Origin: a virus
Lineage: Duplodnaviria; Caudoviricetes
Length of the DNA: 60,533 nucleotides
Virus record (IMG/VR): IMGVR_UViG_3300021959_009735
Span: 1-60,533 of that record
Strand: one strand, 5' to 3'
Part shown: positions 57,191 through 60,533 of the stretch, piece by piece
How the letters are laid out: every line of letters starts with the position of its first letter
Numbering within the stretch: position 1 is the stretch's first letter
Notes under the pieces: model-generated
Databases searched by the model: none
What the model was told of the DNA's origin: nothing
Seen by the model: the letters and a program-made list of their open reading frames with translations, nothing else
Position numbers and translations under genes: made by a program

Positions 57191-57868
57191 TTATATTGCG
57201 TATCTCCAACCAAATCCCCCAGATGTTTTACACTTTCCGGAAAGTACTGCTTGAATAGCATGTGGATTATAACCATCGTTCCTAGTGTCAATAATCATCT
57301 CATAACGTTTAAGTACCTGTCCTGTAGTCTTATCAAGTTTTTCAATAGCCTTTCGATTATAGGTACGTGGTACTCCTTTTCTGACCGCTGATAGAGCCTT
57401 TTTGTGGGTGTCGGAAAAAGATTTACCTTTCAAGGCACTTGAGATCTTAATCTTAGTAAGTTCCGAATGAGAGCAGTCTTTTTTTGAAAGCCGTTCTTTC
57501 TGTATGTCCGAGAGAAGTTCGCGAGTTTGTTGTGTATGTTTCTTACCTATAGAACTACGTCTTATTTTATCTCGATGCTCTTTTGATAGCGGCTTTCCCT
57601 GTCTGCATGGAGTAATAGTGTCGATAATATTATAGAAATTATCATCTGATTTGCATTGTAGTTTTTTTAACCAAAATACCTCTCGATTATTAAGTTCGTC
57701 AAGATTAGAGCAGTATTCGATAATTTCCTTTTCAAAGTTATTCTTACCGTATTTTTTTATTGCCGCTTTCAAATATTTTCCAGAACCCAAATACGATTCT
57801 CTATTTTTGCTATCTTTTCCTAAATACTTTTTTCCGTTTACTAGGTTAGTTGTTATGTAAATGACCAT
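57191..57868 (-). mobile_element. free-standing GIY-YIG homing endonuclease with NUMOD3/NUMOD1-like repeats
   Basis: VIYITTNLVNGKKYLG, YLGSG, FYN; HTQQTR/HSELTKIKIS repeats; GGFGWRY end. Confidence 0.85.
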
Positions 57869-57913
57869 ATTTTTACTAATATATAGTCACTGTCTTAATT
57901 TCTGTAGGGTCAT

Positions 57914-58948
57914 TTATAACTCTCTTGCTCTAAAACCTGTTAATGGTCGGAAGGTCTCTAACCAAGCTTCCGTATTCTTGGTTATGCCTTCAATTTTATC
58001 GTTATCTAAATAATGTAAGAAAGTACCTGTCTGTAGTCTCGGTGCAGGCTCTTTCAATACATCTAATATAATGTCTAATTCCCTATCGTCCAACGTCGAC
58101 TCCTGAATATTCATCAACTCATAGTTGGTTTTTACTTTATCCCAATCGTAGATAATTTTAGCAAAGATCTTTTTACCTTCAATGTTCTCTTCGCAAACAT
58201 CGTAGATATAGTCTAAAGTGATTCCAGGTTGTTCTACGATCAAAGGAAACTCTTTGAGGAGAGTTTTAATTCCTAGACCTTTTACGCCTGCCAGGTTATC
58301 TGAGTTATCCCCAAGAAGTGCTTTTGCTATAAGATAATTCGAAGGGGGCATCTTAAGCTCTTCTTCAATATTATCTCTAGTAAAAACTTTCTTCTTAACC
58401 GGAGCATAAACTTCGATGTTAGGGTCGATTATCTGTAGAAAGTCTTTATCCGAAGAAACGATAGTTGATTTTTTTCCGTATCTCGATGCATTGATCGCTA
58501 TAACAGAAATAATATCATCTGCTTCTAATTTGTCCATCATTATCATATGGACTGGAAGACATTCTAGATAATCTATTAGGCGGTTGAGCTGGGCTGTAAT
58601 CGATTCGCTTTCTTCTTTTTTGGTATCGAACAGGCCCCAGTTTGTAATCTTAGTATGTTCTCGCTGTGCTTTGTATTCCGGATTTATATTTTTCCGGTTC
58701 ATACTTCCGCCCAGTCCGTCGAATACGCAGATTACTTTTGTAGGATCGAACGTACGTACAAGGTAGCCTAACGACCTAAGGAACCCCACAAGGCCACCGA
58801 TATGGTGGCCCTGCGGAGTCATGGTCTTAAGTATAGAAAAGCTACGGATGAGTGTATTCATCGAGTCGATGATCAAGAGATGATCATTCTCTCCTCTAGG
58901 AGGACGCTCCTCTATTTTGTTTAGGATGTTATCGTACTTACTCGCCAT
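57914..58948 (-). CDS. 5'-3' exonuclease / RNase H (FEN-like)
   Basis: IIDSMN, VFDG, EYKAQR, EADD, SSDKDF, GDNSDNLAGVKGLG. Confidence 0.93.
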   Translation of the reverse strand: MASKYDNILNKIEERPPRGENDHLLIIDSMNTLIRSFSILKTMTPQGHHIGGLVGFLRSLGYLVRTFDPTKVICVFDGLGGSMNRKNINPEYKAQREHTKITNWGLFDTKKEESESITAQLNRLIDYLECLPVHMIMMDKLEADDIISVIAINASRYGKKSTIVSSDKDFLQIIDPNIEVYAPVKKKVFTRDNIEEELKMPPSNYLIAKALLGDNSDNLAGVKGLGIKTLLKEFPLIVEQPGITLDYIYDVCEENIEGKKIFAKIIYDWDKVKTNYELMNIQESTLDDRELDIILDVLKEPAPRLQTGTFLHYLDNDKIEGITKNTEAWLETFRPLTGFRAREL

Positions 58949-60011
58949 TGGTCAGTCCTATATCTCTAAAATCTTCCTCTAAGTCCCCTTCCTCAATGAG
59001 ATCAAAATCGACTGAGCCTAGTAGCGATAGCCACGTATCCTTATGTTGGTCCTTGTACTTATCAATAGCTTTCTTATCGTCCGGAATAAACCCGTGAGTT
59101 GTCATAACGATACGTCCTCTGGTAGTCACACCGCTGATATGGTTCTTTTCTACCTGAATATTCGTACGTTTTGCAAACTCTACCTGCTTTCCGTTCTTGA
59201 TAGCCTTGATCTTAGACGTACCCGGATTGGTAATATTACCGAAGGTTACTACTAAAGTGGCATCATACCACATAGACATACCTCCCTTATTGAGAATCTT
59301 GGGCTGTCCCATAGGAGATTCAGGCTTCATAGTCCAAACTTTGTTGATCGCAACAAGAGTATTGGTATACTTAGAAGAAGCCTTTCTCGATAGTAGAATC
59401 TTCTGATTAAGGTTATTGCCAAACTGGGTAGACATAGCACCTGCGTTCCATTCGTTATTGTTCTTGTTAGAACGAACGGATAGCTCACACGGCACCGAGC
59501 CAATACTATCCCAGAAGAAACATAGATCGTAAGGTAGATTGCCTTTGTTCTGCTCATCGATAAGATCGGCAATGAATACTGCTACATCTTCAATCGTATT
59601 CAGAGAACCACGATCTGCGTATAAGAAGAATCCTTGATAGTCTTCTATTTCACCACTATCGCCTCTAACCTCTTCGAACTGGAGACCCATCTCCCGGGCA
59701 TGTTCCCAAGACCATTTCATCTCTGTGATGATGAAGACCGGTAGAATGCCCATCTTCTGGGTGCTTACAGCTGCTTCGATGAGTGCTGTAGTCTTTCCGG
59801 TATCACTATGCCCCCGAAGGAGTGTGATATGGCCTGTAGGAATGCCTGGAATAGATGTGATCTCCTGGAATGCTTCCGATAGAGGAATCCATCCTTGATC
59901 TTTGAACTTTACAGACGTACTGGCAAAACCTTTCTTTTTCTTGAATGCGCCAAGATTGAAGTTACCCTTGACGATATCTTCAGCCTTAGCTTTAGTTTTT
60001 GATTTAGCCAT
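58938..60011 (-). CDS. RecA/UvsX-like recombinase
   Basis: GHSDTGKT, WDSIGS, KGG, VEKNH. Confidence 0.9.
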   Translation of the reverse strand: MAKSKTKAKAEDIVKGNFNLGAFKKKKGFASTSVKFKDQGWIPLSEAFQEITSIPGIPTGHITLLRGHSDTGKTTALIEAAVSTQKMGILPVFIITEMKWSWEHAREMGLQFEEVRGDSGEIEDYQGFFLYADRGSLNTIEDVAVFIADLIDEQNKGNLPYDLCFFWDSIGSVPCELSVRSNKNNNEWNAGAMSTQFGNNLNQKILLSRKASSKYTNTLVAINKVWTMKPESPMGQPKILNKGGMSMWYDATLVVTFGNITNPGTSKIKAIKNGKQVEFAKRTNIQVEKNHISGVTTRGRIVMTTHGFIPDDKKAIDKYKDQHKDTWLSLLGSVDFDLIEEGDLEEDFRDIGLTNGE

Positions 60012-60533
60012 TAATCGTTAAAGAGTTCATCGAATTTAGAGACAGGGTCGGACTTTACTGCAGACTTATTCTCAAGAGAGAAGTCAGTGCTTTCTTTTTT
60101 CTCCCAAGAAAACTTTCCAGTCTCTCTAAAGTTCTTATCCTCTGCATCCGAAGATGTAGATTCAGTAGCTTGAGGAGCCGGGGTTGTCTCTTCTTCGTCC
60201 GAGGTACCGTTTACGTAGTTATGAAGCTGTCTTTTGATAAAGTCGTAATCGTACTGGGAGAACGATGTTTTAGGTTCTGGCTGTTCTTTAAGCCATGTCT
60301 CTACCAAATTATTATCACTATGCAGCTCTGTCATCTTAGGTTTAATACGAACTGTAGTTACTGGGTAGGGATTACCTTCCGTAACTTCAACTACCATATC
60401 GAAACCGTTTACTACGTCTGTGTAGTCTCCGATGTCTTCGTCTTCGGCAAGCGATAGAAGTGCTTTGTAAACGGTCTTACTAAAGCCCCAAAGACGAACA
60501 CCTTTGTCTTCCTCACCACGTACCACAACGGGT
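60011..60533 (-). CDS. gp32-like single-stranded DNA-binding protein (5'-truncated by window edge)
   Basis: PVVVRGEEDKGVRLWGF, GDYTD..GFD, acidic tail FDELFND. Confidence 0.8.
   Translation of the reverse strand, partial: PVVVRGEEDKGVRLWGFSKTVYKALLSLAEDEDIGDYTDVVNGFDMVVEVTEGNPYPVTTVRIKPKMTELHSDNNLVETWLKEQPEPKTSFSQYDYDFIKRQLHNYVNGTSDEEETTPAPQATESTSSDAEDKNFRETGKFSWEKKESTDFSLENKSAVKSDPVSKFDELFND

Overview
A 60.5-kb segment of a large lytic dsDNA phage (Caudoviricetes). Virtually all genes are on the minus strand, tightly packed, with no virion structural genes. A host in the Bacteroidota/Rhodothermota/Balneolota (FCB) group is inferred from a T9SS-type C-terminal domain, bS21, DUF2452 and spanin-like proteins. 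Contents: (i) replication and nucleotide genes (SSB, RecA/UvsX, 5'-3' exonuclease, DnaB helicase, class II RNR, family A DNA polymerase, ThyX, dCMP deaminase, thioredoxin); (ii) a 7-deazaguanine DNA-modification pathway (FolE, QueD, QueE, QueC, QueF, DpdA/TGT-like enzyme, PurN-like formyltransferase, plus a kinase and a MazG-like hydrolase); (iii) a ~13.7-kb glycosylation island with a NeuB/phosphatase/NeuA nonulosonic-acid route, and a second glycosyltransferase cluster; (iv) GroES/GroEL/Hsp20/PspC and ribosomal protein bS21; (v) an amidase-centred lysis region; (vi) a short-variable-arm tRNA-Leu. Strongest new signals read from the sequence: a preQ1-I-like riboswitch 3 nt before the phage queE start; a dnaX-style -1 frameshift cassette (SD + A AAA AAG + hairpin) in a membrane-protein gene beside the lysis genes; an envelope module with a cohesin/dockerin T9SS cargo, a CsgG-like lipoprotein and a beta-barrel, plus a nearby dockerin lipoprotein; and a 13-bp inverted repeat bracketing hsp20. 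All protein calls rest on motif recognition by eye; no database searches were run.
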